This document shows positions 25,729 to 34,647 of a DNA stretch of 64,000 nucleotides, one piece after another. Numbering within the stretch: the stretch's first letter is position 1; each line of letters starts with the position of its first letter. Source of the DNA: Polyangiales bacterium (GTDB taxonomy: Bacteria; Myxococcota_A; Polyangia; Polyangiales; Houyiibacteriaceae). The stretch is taken from contig JBFGKE010000018.1 of assembly GCA_041576815.1 (NCBI GenBank), positions 50 to 64,049 of the forward strand. Direction: 5' to 3'. The notes under the pieces are model-generated. The model saw only the letters and a list, made by a program, of their open reading frames with translations, searched no databases and was not told the DNA's origin. A program made the position numbers and the translations under genes.

Positions 25729-26343
25729 TCAGCCGCCGCGCGACGGCTCGATGCCGCTGACCGCCAAGATGCGCTTCCAGAGCGCATCCCGGCCCTCCCC
25801 GGTGACTGCGCTATACGCGACGAGCGGGCGACCTATCTCCCGCCGGAGCGCTGCCACCGCCAGCTTTCGTTTGTTGGCGGGCAGCTTGTCGATCTTGGTG
25901 ACCACGACGATCGGCGTGACGTCGACCGCTTCGAGGAATTCGAGAAGCTGAACGTCCTCGTCTTGAAGACCACGGCGAACGTCGAGGATGACGACCGCGC
26001 CGCGGAGCCCGGGACGGTCGCGCAAGAACCCTTCGATCAGCGGGCCCCACGACCTCCGCTCCGCTTTGCTTCGCTGCGCATAGCCGTAACCCGGGAGGTC
26101 GACCAGATCGAGGTGGGCTTCTTGGCCGTCGGTCCGCAGACGAACGCGAAAGATGTTGATCGCGCGAGTGCAACCTGGGGAGCTGCTCGTACGGACGAGC
26201 TTTTTCCGTCGAACCAAGTCGTTGATCAGGCTCGACTTGCCAACGTTCGATCGCCCCGCAAAGGCGACCTCTGCAAACGTCGGCACCGGCAGCTGGCTGA
26301 ACGCGGTTGCGCCGGCGACGAATTGCGCGTCTAGCACGTCCAT
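25729..26343 (-). CDS. engB: Ribosome-biogenesis GTPase YihA/EngB
   Basis: G1 GRSNVGKSSLIN, G3 DLPGYGYA, G4 TKIDK. About 200 aa. Confidence 0.9.
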   Translation of the reverse strand: MDVLDAQFVAGATAFSQLPVPTFAEVAFAGRSNVGKSSLINDLVRRKKLVRTSSSPGCTRAINIFRVRLRTDGQEAHLDLVDLPGYGYAQRSKAERRSWGPLIEGFLRDRPGLRGAVVILDVRRGLQDEDVQLLEFLEAVDVTPIVVVTKIDKLPANKRKLAVAALRREIGRPLVAYSAVTGEGRDALWKRILAVSGIEPSRGG

Positions 26344-26369
26344 CGAGGGGTCTTAGCGCCCCTTCACGC

Positions 26370-27980
26370 TCACGCACGCGCGCGCCGGCGAAGCGCGCTT
26401 CTCAGGTCGCCTAGCTCCGGGGAGCCGAGGACCCTCGTGACGGCGAGATACGTCAAAAGGCCGGCGACCACGGTGAAGACGAAGACCAGCAGATTTCGAG
26501 GGTCGTTGCCCCCTCGGCTCCAGTCTCCGAGCCGGGCGCCCGCCCACACCACGGCGCCCATCACCGCGCTCGCGGCCGAAATCCGAAGCGCGCTCGACGT
26601 GATTTCTGTGAGCCCGAGCGGACCAGACCTTCGGCGAAGCAACCAAAGAAGCGCGACCAGCTGCGTGACGGCGGCGGCGGTCGTTGCCGCCGCGAGACCT
26701 GCGTGCTGCATCGGTCCCATCAGCGCCAGGCTGAGGCCCACGAAGACGACGAGGTTCATCGCGCTGGCGATCACCGGGGTCCGGGTGTCGTTGTGCGCAT
26801 GAAACATCGGCACGACCGTCCGCACCGAGGCGACGGCCCAGATGCCGGCCGCCTGCCATACAAGCGACCGCGTGGTCTCGCGAATCGCCATTACGTCAAA
26901 GCGGCCGCGTCCGAAGAACACCGCCGCCGCCGGCTCGGCGAGAACCGCGAGCGCCACGGCCGCAGGCACCGCGACGAAGAGCGAGAGCCGAAGCGCGTGG
27001 CGAAAGAGCCGCTTGGCTTCACCTTCGTAGCCGTGCGCCACCGCGTCGCTCAGGGACGGAAGGGCGGCCGATGCAATCGCGAGGGCGAACATACCTTGCG
27101 GGATCTCTGCGAGACGTTGCCCGTAGTAGAGGTAGCTGACGCTTCCCGTGGGCAAAAAAGAGGCGAACAGCCGCGACAGGAGCACGTTGAGCTGATAGAC
27201 GCCGAGTCCCGCCAGCAGCGGCACCATCAGGCGCACGCACTTCCGAACGTAGATGTCGCTGAAACCGATCTGCGGGAACACCGCGAAGCCCTGCTTTTTG
27301 AGAGAGGGAAGCTGCGCGAGCAGCTGCAGCGTCCCGCCGAGAAGCGCTCCCACGGCCAGCGCGAAGATCGCCGGCCAGCCGAGGTCGCTCAGCACCGGCG
27401 CGAGAAGAAGCGCCGTGCCGATGAACGAAAGGTTGAGAAGCGCGGGGGCAAACGCCGGCGCTGCAAAACGCTTGCTCGCGTACAGCGCGCCCATGGCGAG
27501 CGCCGAGAGCCCCATCAAGAAGATGTAGGGGAACAACACGCGGGTCAGACCGACGGTGAGGTCGAAGAGGGCTGGGTCGCGCTGAAAGCCCCACGCGTAT
27601 GCTTTGACGATCCATGGCGCCAGCGCCACTCCGACCGCCGTGACCACCAGCAGCACCACCGCGATCGCCCCGACGAGGTTTCGGTAGAACTCACGCGCCC
27701 GAGCTTTGCCCTCGTGCTCCCGGACTTCGGTGAACACCGGAACGAAGGCCGCAGAGACCGCACCTTCGCCGAGCAAGACGCGTAGAGCGTTCGGAATCGT
27801 GAAGGCGAGCCAGAAGGCGTCCGTGGCCGCCAGCGCAAACACCGCGGCGATGACCGCATCCCGGACGGCGCCCAGAATTCGGGATGTCAGCGTGCCCGTT
27901 GCGACGACACCGGCTCGGCGAACGATCTCACCGCCCGAGGTTTCAGTAGGCGTTTCGGACATCGGCGGAAGGATGCGCAC
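26370..27980 (-). CDS. murJ: Lipid II flippase MurJ (MviN family)
   Basis: 536 aa polytopic protein. N-terminus GTLTSRILGAVRDAVIAAVFALAATDAFWLAFTIPNALRVLLGEGAVSAAFVPVF is typical of MurJ. A possible alternative start is at 27962. Confidence 0.85.
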   Translation of the reverse strand: MRILPPMSETPTETSGGEIVRRAGVVATGTLTSRILGAVRDAVIAAVFALAATDAFWLAFTIPNALRVLLGEGAVSAAFVPVFTEVREHEGKARAREFYRNLVGAIAVVLLVVTAVGVALAPWIVKAYAWGFQRDPALFDLTVGLTRVLFPYIFLMGLSALAMGALYASKRFAAPAFAPALLNLSFIGTALLLAPVLSDLGWPAIFALAVGALLGGTLQLLAQLPSLKKQGFAVFPQIGFSDIYVRKCVRLMVPLLAGLGVYQLNVLLSRLFASFLPTGSVSYLYYGQRLAEIPQGMFALAIASAALPSLSDAVAHGYEGEAKRLFRHALRLSLFVAVPAAVALAVLAEPAAAVFFGRGRFDVMAIRETTRSLVWQAAGIWAVASVRTVVPMFHAHNDTRTPVIASAMNLVVFVGLSLALMGPMQHAGLAAATTAAAVTQLVALLWLLRRRSGPLGLTEITSSALRISAASAVMGAVVWAGARLGDWSRGGNDPRNLLVFVFTVVAGLLTYLAVTRVLGSPELGDLRSALRRRARA

Positions 27981-28013
27981 GAGGCGCCGATCCCGGCAAG
28001 AAAGCCGGCGCGC

Positions 28014-28874
28014 TCAACTCGCGCTGAGAAGCCCCTGAAGCTGTGCGACTTCGACGGTGTACGCCGCGCCACAGTAGTCGCATCCGATGCTGAGCGGCTC
28101 TCCCTCGTCGACCAGCTCTTGGATGTCGGACCGGTCGAGCAGACTGAGCGTCGTCATCACGCGCACCTGGCTGCACTGGCAGCCGAAGCTCACTTCGCTC
28201 GACTGAAGCCACGTGAAGGGCATGCCTTCGAAGATCGCCTCGATCAGCTCGGAGGGCGAGCCGTCGGTTTGTGCAAGTCGATCCCGAATCTCGACGAAGC
28301 CCTCGAGGCGTTGCGTCATCGTCTTCATGGCCTCTTCGGCTTCCGCGGCCTCGGGAAGGAGCTGCACGAGGAAGCCGCCGGCCGTAGGTCGCTCCCCCTC
28401 GACCGCCGATCCCAGCGAAATCATCGACACGATTTGCTCCGATAACTGCATGTAACGCATGAAGGCCTCGGAAAGATTCCCGCTCTCGGGCACTTCGACG
28501 ACCCCGCGATGCACGTCGGACCTCGGGAGGGTCCGCATCATCTGGAGGGTTGACTTGATCTTTCGCAGATCGGGGACGGGCTGTCCCGGTTTGGACTGCA
28601 GAAGGCCACGGGTCCAGCCGTCCGGGTGCGAGTCGGCGACGAGCTGGCCTGCATCCTCTTCGAAGCGCAGGATGCACTGCACGCGAAGCGACGGGGCCAT
28701 CGTCTCTCGGTAGAGCACCGCCGTGGTCAGCAGGCTCGCCATGTCGTTGGCGATCTCGCCCGACAGCCCTTGAGCCTCGATCACCGACCTCGCGGTGTCC
28801 GTCGTTCTCGCTGCGACGATGCGAAAAGCCCCGTCATTGGTCATGGCCCGGACGACCGAGTCGGTTTCACCCAT
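28014..28874 (-). CDS. hslO: Redox-regulated chaperone Hsp33
   Basis: About 286 aa with the C-terminal zinc centre CQCS...CDYCG. Confidence 0.85.
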   Translation of the reverse strand: MGETDSVVRAMTNDGAFRIVAARTTDTARSVIEAQGLSGEIANDMASLLTTAVLYRETMAPSLRVQCILRFEEDAGQLVADSHPDGWTRGLLQSKPGQPVPDLRKIKSTLQMMRTLPRSDVHRGVVEVPESGNLSEAFMRYMQLSEQIVSMISLGSAVEGERPTAGGFLVQLLPEAAEAEEAMKTMTQRLEGFVEIRDRLAQTDGSPSELIEAIFEGMPFTWLQSSEVSFGCQCSQVRVMTTLSLLDRSDIQELVDEGEPLSIGCDYCGAAYTVEVAQLQGLLSAS

Positions 28875-28938
28875 ATTTCCTCTTCAAGCGCATTGGCGAT
28901 CCGCGCGCAAGCGCTAGTCTTGGGGCCGGGAGAAGGAA

Positions 28939-29970
28939 ATGACAACGCACAAGATCGTTCTCATTCCCGGAGACGGGATCGGGCCAGAGGTGGCGCAGGC
29001 TACCGTCCACGTGCTCTCCGCGGCCGAGGCGCCGGTGGAGTGGGAGGAGCACCATGCCGGGGTGGCCGCGCTCGAGGGGCTGGGCGAGGTGCTTCCAGAG
29101 CGGACGCTCGAGGCGGTTCGCAGCAGGGGCATCGCGCTCAAAGGGCCCTGCACGACGCCGGTCGGTGAGGGCTTCACGTCGGTCAACGTCCAGCTTCGAA
29201 AGCGCCTCGATCTCTACGCGGCGGTCCGTCCCGTGCGTAATCTACCCGGCGTAGAGACCCGATACCGAGACGTCGACCTCGTGGTGATGCGCGAAAACAC
29301 CGAAGGGCTCTATAGCGGCATCGAGAACGAGATTACGGTTGGCGTCGTCACGAGCCTCAAGGTCGCCACAGAGCATGCGTCGAGACGCATCGCCCAGTAC
29401 GCCTTTCAGTACGCGCGGGATCGCGGCCGCAAAAAGGTCACCGTGATGCACAAAGCCAACATCATGAAGCTGACCGACGGCATGTTCATCCGGTGCGCAC
29501 GTCAGGTTCGCGAAGACGGCGGGTTCACCGACATCGAGTACGAGGAGCTCATCATCGATGCGGGCTGCATGAAGCTCGTCCAAGACCCGACCCGCTTCGA
29601 CGTGCTCTTGTTGGAGAACCTCTATGGCGACGTGCTCAGCGATCTGTGCGCTGGTTTCGTCGGCGGTCTCGGGGTGATCCCCGGCGCAAACATCGGCCGG
29701 GAATACGCCGTGTTCGAGGCGGTGCACGGGTCGGCGCCCGACATTGCGGGCAAGGGGGTAGCCAACCCGCTCGCGCTTCTCATGTCGGGCGTGATGATGC
29801 TCAACCACATTGCCGACGAGCGCGGCGACGAGAGCTGCCGTGCCGCCGCGACCCGCATACGCGAGGCGTACAACCAGGCGCTCTCCGAAGGCCAAAAGAC
29901 GCGCGACCTCGGTGGCGAGCTCGATACGGAGGGTTTTGCCAACGCGGTGATCGAGCGGCTCGACGACTAG
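28939..29970 (+). CDS. Isocitrate/isopropylmalate dehydrogenase family protein, probably NAD-dependent isocitrate dehydrogenase
   Basis: IVLIPGDGIGPEV, MRENTEGLYSG, NLYGDVLSDLCAG, AVFEAVHGSAPDIAGK. 343 aa. Confidence 0.8.
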   Translation: MTTHKIVLIPGDGIGPEVAQATVHVLSAAEAPVEWEEHHAGVAALEGLGEVLPERTLEAVRSRGIALKGPCTTPVGEGFTSVNVQLRKRLDLYAAVRPVRNLPGVETRYRDVDLVVMRENTEGLYSGIENEITVGVVTSLKVATEHASRRIAQYAFQYARDRGRKKVTVMHKANIMKLTDGMFIRCARQVREDGGFTDIEYEELIIDAGCMKLVQDPTRFDVLLLENLYGDVLSDLCAGFVGGLGVIPGANIGREYAVFEAVHGSAPDIAGKGVANPLALLMSGVMMLNHIADERGDESCRAAATRIREAYNQALSEGQKTRDLGGELDTEGFANAVIERLDD

Positions 29971-32546
29971 GCTTCGGACGGGGGCACGCCGCCGCTTCCC
30001 CCGGCGACGCGCAGGAGCGGCGGGAGGACGATGAGCGTGGCGACCAAACACCCGCCGATCGTGATCGCGATCAGCTCGCCGAAGTTCCGCACGGGTACGA
30101 AGTTGCTCAACAGCAGCACGGAGAACCCGGCCATGAGCGTCACACACGAGATGACGATGGCGCGACCTGTCCCGCGGGCGGCGCGAACGAGCGCTGCCTC
30201 ACGCCCGATCCCGTGCTGCATTTCCTCGCGGAACCTCGCCAACACGTGAATCGTCCCGTTGACCGCGAGGCCGAGGCTGATCGAAAAGATGATGACGGTC
30301 GACACGTTGAGCGGGATCTCGCGCCACACCATGTACGCCATCGTCGCGACGAGCGGGATCAGGTTTGGTGGGATGCTCAAGAGGCCGAGCCGCACGCTTC
30401 GGAAGAAAAACGCGAGCAGGAGGAAAATCACCACGATTGCCACGAGCAGGCTCCCGCCGAGATCCCTCACGACGGCCGCCTGACCGCGTGACCCGGTGTA
30501 CGCCTCGCCGGTGAACGACACGTTCACCGTCTCGTCGCCGCCGACTTGCTGCTCGATCTCGCCCTCGAGCGCATCCAAGAACTCCATCGTCGCCTGGGCG
30601 CCGACGTCGCGAAGCTTGAACTGCACGCGAACCTTCTTGCCGTCCTCGGTGAGCCAGTCGCTCAGCGGGCTCGCCTTCCGCTGGCTCATCATCGTCACCA
30701 GCCCCTTGACCTGCTTTTGGCTCTTGAAGCTCTCCGATCGGACGCTCGGGTCATCGGCGAGCAGGGCGTAGGACTCCCGCAGCATGTCGCCGTAGCTCAG
30801 CGTTCGGATGATCTCGGGGCGCAGCGCGGCCCAGTTCCGAATGTTTTGGATCCGCTCGATCATCTCGGGATCGGTGAAGTGGTCCTCCTCGTCGCTGACC
30901 AAGACGACCTCGAGCGGCCGAACCCCGGCCAGCTTTTCCTCGATGAGCAGCGTCGTGGTGTACACCGGGTCGGATTCATCGAATTGGTCGAGAAGCGCGT
31001 GGTCGACGGTGATTTGACTCGCCACGTAGCCAGCCGCGAGCGTGAAAAGCGCGGTCAGCCCGAGCACGGCCCATCGCCATCGAAGCAGCTTCGCGACGAG
31101 GGTGCTCGTGACGTTGGTGAACATGCTCGTCCGTTCGCGCCTGACTTCCTCGCGGCGTGGCGGGGTGACCCACGTCAAAATGGCGGGCACGAAAGTGATG
31201 ATCACCAGGTATGAAATCATCACGCCGATGCCGGACGTCAGTCCGAAGTGACGCAGCATCACGGTTTTCGAGACGACGAGCGAGGCAAGGCCCACCGCGG
31301 TCGTCGCCGAGGTCAGCATGCAGGCGATCGCAATGGCGCGCACGGTGCGCCGTCCCGCCGTGTTCCGATCGGTTTCGCCTTCGAGATTGACCTCGTCACG
31401 ATAGCGCTGGATGAGGTGCGTCGCGTCACTGATGCCGATGATGATCAGCAGAGGCACGATGACGTTGTTGAGAATGTTCATCGGCTCGCCGAAGAGCCCC
31501 ATGCCGCCAACCGTCACCAGCGCCGTGATCCCGACCGCCCCGAGCGGGAGAAGCACCCCGGGCATCCATCGAAACGAGAGCGTGAGGAGAAGCAGGCACA
31601 CGAGCACCGTCAGCGGGATCAGTCGGAGGTTGTCGGCGCGCATCTTGGTGACGATGACGCTGCGGAGGTAGGGCAGGCCGCCCACGTGGACCCGGATGCC
31701 CTGGAACTCTTCGCGCTCCAGGCCGTCACGAAGCTCGTTCATCGCGTTGGCCATCTCGCGGTGCTCGAGCTCTTTGAGCTGCAGCGCGATGCCGGCGACG
31801 GTGTGGTCCTCGCTGAGCAAACGGCCGATCAGCAGCGGGTTGCCCGCGATGGCTTGGGTGAGCTCCGCAGCCTCCTCCGCCGTCACCTCGGAGCCCTCGA
31901 CGATCGGGTCTGTCTTGAGCTCGGCGGAGAGTGCGGGCCCCACTTTGGCGATTCCGTCTGGGAAACGCTCGGGATCGCTCTCGATGATGTCGAGCAAGGC
32001 GTTGAACGCGTCGTCCTCGAGGTCGCCCTGAGCGTCCGGCGTTTCTTCTTCGAGCGCGAGGGAGTCCAAGTCGTCGAGGTCGTCCAAGTCGTCGAGATCG
32101 CCGCCGTCGTCGGGTCCGCCGACCTCTCGGAGCCCGTCGAGCCCTTCCGCGCCGCCTGGATCGTCGTCGGGCTGCGCCTTGATTCGTCGCGGAATGTTGA
32201 GCGTGGTGAGGCCGGCTACCTTTTCGACCCAAGGCTTCTCGGCGAAGTAGAGCGAGAGATCATGGACCTGCTGCAGGCTTTCGCGAGAGAGCACATCGTC
32301 GGCCTCGACGAGGATCAGAACCGCTTCCCGCCGCTTGCCGAACCACTCCTCGAAGCGCTGCTGGATGAGCGCGTATTCCTCTCCCTCGAAGGACGAGAGC
32401 AGGCTCTCGGGCGCAGGGTCGGCGCGCAGCTTCGGGATCTGGGTCGCGAAGGCGATCGTGATGAGCACCCAGCCCCAGACCACGAGCTTCTGGCGCTCCG
32501 TCACGAGCTTTGCAAGCCATTTCAACGTTTGCTGGCGTCGGGACAC
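29967..32546 (-). CDS. MMPL/RND-superfamily exporter (two 6-TM bundles, two periplasmic loops)
   Basis: 859 aa with a duplicated hydrophobic architecture and an acidic insert (DLDDLDDLDDLDSL). 4-nt overlap region with the convergent IDH gene end. Confidence 0.7.
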   Translation of the reverse strand: MSRRQQTLKWLAKLVTERQKLVVWGWVLITIAFATQIPKLRADPAPESLLSSFEGEEYALIQQRFEEWFGKRREAVLILVEADDVLSRESLQQVHDLSLYFAEKPWVEKVAGLTTLNIPRRIKAQPDDDPGGAEGLDGLREVGGPDDGGDLDDLDDLDDLDSLALEEETPDAQGDLEDDAFNALLDIIESDPERFPDGIAKVGPALSAELKTDPIVEGSEVTAEEAAELTQAIAGNPLLIGRLLSEDHTVAGIALQLKELEHREMANAMNELRDGLEREEFQGIRVHVGGLPYLRSVIVTKMRADNLRLIPLTVLVCLLLLTLSFRWMPGVLLPLGAVGITALVTVGGMGLFGEPMNILNNVIVPLLIIIGISDATHLIQRYRDEVNLEGETDRNTAGRRTVRAIAIACMLTSATTAVGLASLVVSKTVMLRHFGLTSGIGVMISYLVIITFVPAILTWVTPPRREEVRRERTSMFTNVTSTLVAKLLRWRWAVLGLTALFTLAAGYVASQITVDHALLDQFDESDPVYTTTLLIEEKLAGVRPLEVVLVSDEEDHFTDPEMIERIQNIRNWAALRPEIIRTLSYGDMLRESYALLADDPSVRSESFKSQKQVKGLVTMMSQRKASPLSDWLTEDGKKVRVQFKLRDVGAQATMEFLDALEGEIEQQVGGDETVNVSFTGEAYTGSRGQAAVVRDLGGSLLVAIVVIFLLLAFFFRSVRLGLLSIPPNLIPLVATMAYMVWREIPLNVSTVIIFSISLGLAVNGTIHVLARFREEMQHGIGREAALVRAARGTGRAIVISCVTLMAGFSVLLLSNFVPVRNFGELIAITIGGCLVATLIVLPPLLRVAGGSGGVPPSEA

Positions 32547-32653
32547 GAGCGTCTATGCCTGTCGGGAGTGGGGCTGGCAAGGGTCTTGTCACCGGCTTGA
32601 CAGCCATCCGGGGCAGGGCTACCACCCGCGTTCCCCACGGGGAGGATACTAGA

Positions 32654-32920
32654 GTGGCCAACCACGCTTCAGCAAAAAAGCGAGCCCGCCAGACGATCAA
32701 GCGCACCGCGCGCAATCGGCACATTCGCACCAACGTTCGCACGTGCGTCAAGCGGGTGCGCGCTGCCGTGCAGGCCGGCGACTCCGACACAGCCAAGAAG
32801 GCCCTGGTCGAGGCGGTCAGCCGCATCGATGGTGCGGTCTCCAAGGGCATCTATCATCGCAAGACCGGCTCGCGGTACATCGCAAGGCTGACCCACCAAG
32901 TCAACGCGCTCCAAAGCTGA
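32654..32920 (+). CDS. rpsT: 30S ribosomal protein S20
   Basis: A GTG at 32654, preceded by GGAGGA, gives (M)ANHASAKKRARQTIKRTARNRHIRTNVRT... Confidence 0.9.
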   Translation: MANHASAKKRARQTIKRTARNRHIRTNVRTCVKRVRAAVQAGDSDTAKKALVEAVSRIDGAVSKGIYHRKTGSRYIARLTHQVNALQS

Positions 32921-32934
32921 GCTTGCGCGCCGCC

Positions 32935-33936
32935 TCAAGCGCGGCCCGCGCAAAGCTCGAGTACGGCGTCTTGCAGGATCACCTCCGGCGGCCGCTTGCT
33001 GCTCTTGAGCGCGCGATCGGTTTCAGCGATGAGCGTGAAGGCGTGGCCGAGGCTGTCTGCAGTGAATCGCCGCGCCGACTCGGTGAGGTCACGCGCCTTG
33101 AAAGGGGGTGCGCCGGCACGCTTCGCCGCGTCCTGAGGACGAAGGCCCTCGGAAAGTGCCTCGCGCATCTTCGCTACGATTCGCAGCTGCCGTGCAACCA
33201 TCGCGAGCAGACGTAGCGGAGGCTCACGGTCGTCGAGCAGCGACTGGGCGGCTGCGATGCCTTGTCGGGTGTCTCTGAGACCGATCGCGTCGACGAGGCT
33301 CCAGATCGATTCTACGCGAATGCGCGTGACGCAGGTGAGGACGGCATCTGCATCGATCCGCTGACCGGGGCCTACGAATAGAGAGAGCCGTTCGAGCGCA
33401 TCGTCGATTGCCGCGAGGTCGTCGCCGACCGCATCGAGGAGCGTCTCGACCGCTTGCGGTGCGATGCTGTGGTCGCGCACCGCCGCCTCGGCCCGGATGA
33501 AGTCCCGAAGCTCTCGTCCGCGAAGCGGCTTGACGTCGATCAGGAAGCCTCGCTTCTTCGCCGCCTTCACGAGCTTGCTGCGACCGTCGAGCTTCGTGGC
33601 GGTGAGGATTAAGCACGTGGTTTCGCACGGGTCCTCCACGTAGGCGGCGAGGTTCGCTTGCTCGGTGGGGGTCATCGCCTCGGCGTGCCGAACGAGCACC
33701 AAACGGCGATCGGCCATCATGGGAAGCGTCTGGGCAGCAGAAAGCACCGGTGCCGCGTCCAAGCCTTTGCCATCGAACGTGTCGACGTTGAAGCCCGGCG
33801 CGCCGCTCGCGTCGACGGCTTCGCGGATCGCGTCGACGGCGCGCTCGATCAGCAGGCGCTCGGCGCCGTGCAGTACGTATACGGGTTCGAGCGAGCCTTG
33901 CGAGGCTCGCTTGGCGACATCATCGATGTTTGGCAC
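32935..33936 (-). CDS. holA: DNA polymerase III delta subunit
   Basis: 333 aa with VYVLHGAERLLIERAV...LVLV...TATKLDGRSKLVK and a C-terminal helical domain. Typical holA layout. Confidence 0.8.
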   Translation of the reverse strand: MPNIDDVAKRASQGSLEPVYVLHGAERLLIERAVDAIREAVDASGAPGFNVDTFDGKGLDAAPVLSAAQTLPMMADRRLVLVRHAEAMTPTEQANLAAYVEDPCETTCLILTATKLDGRSKLVKAAKKRGFLIDVKPLRGRELRDFIRAEAAVRDHSIAPQAVETLLDAVGDDLAAIDDALERLSLFVGPGQRIDADAVLTCVTRIRVESIWSLVDAIGLRDTRQGIAAAQSLLDDREPPLRLLAMVARQLRIVAKMREALSEGLRPQDAAKRAGAPPFKARDLTESARRFTADSLGHAFTLIAETDRALKSSKRPPEVILQDAVLELCAGRA

Positions 33937-33939
33937 GGC

Positions 33940-34476
33940 TCAGCGGGCTTCGTCATCCGTGAAGGTGACTTCGCCGCTACCTTGTACCCGGTCTCCGAGA
34001 ATTTGAAAGCGATAACGCCCGACCTCTTGCCGCCGAACCGTGACGACCATCTCGATCCGACGATTTGGCTCGAATTGCGGCCGTTTCATCCGGAGCTTGT
34101 GCACGATCGTGCGCTGATTCTTGTCGTTGACGAACACGGTCATCGCCGGTGCGATGAATTTACGCTCGGCGGTCTGGATGTCGTAGAAGAGCACCTCGAA
34201 CTCCGAGTCGCCGACCGGCCGGTTGAAGCTCGCGACCAGCGTGGCTCGCCACTGTCGGTCCTCGACCGGCTCCTCGGTCGTTTCGCGAAGGCGCGTCGCC
34301 CTGTTGGTTTTGGCGAATCGAAGCACGCCCGATTCCGAAAGCGAGCCGGGCACGCCTCGTTGCGTGAGGTAGATCTTGGCCCGAAGGCCGGCAGCCGCGT
34401 CGGCGTCCCGTGACGGGCTCACAGACAAAGCGATCGAGGCCACGATCGTGGCCGTGAGTGCGAGACGTGCGTTCAA
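33940..34476 (-). CDS. Secreted hypothetical protein directly upstream of holA
   Basis: Signal peptide MNARLALTATIVASIALSVSPS with no lipobox Cys. There is a 3-nt gap to holA. It occupies the slot where lptE sits in many proteobacteria, but I see no sequence support for that. Confidence 0.4.
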   Translation of the reverse strand: MNARLALTATIVASIALSVSPSRDADAAAGLRAKIYLTQRGVPGSLSESGVLRFAKTNRATRLRETTEEPVEDRQWRATLVASFNRPVGDSEFEVLFYDIQTAERKFIAPAMTVFVNDKNQRTIVHKLRMKRPQFEPNRRIEMVVTVRRQEVGRYRFQILGDRVQGSGEVTFTDDEAR

Positions 34477-34647
34477 GGCTTGCTCTCCAGCGGCGGGTCC
34501 ACAAACCAGGCTAACAAGTGGAACTTTCCAGTGACAGGGCGACGAGGTGCGGAAATGTGGGATTTGTCCCGGAGCCCCGGAAACGAGCCGCCGAAAAGTT
34601 GTCTGGCATCGCCGCGACCGCTAACCCCGACCCAGGAACGGAGCTCG

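Noticed and set aside
32597-32625. Sigma-70-like promoter upstream of rpsT (TTGACA, 17 nt, TACCAC)
   Set aside because: The -35 hexamer is perfect but the -10 is poor. A single-site match in GC-rich DNA is not enough to report as a feature.
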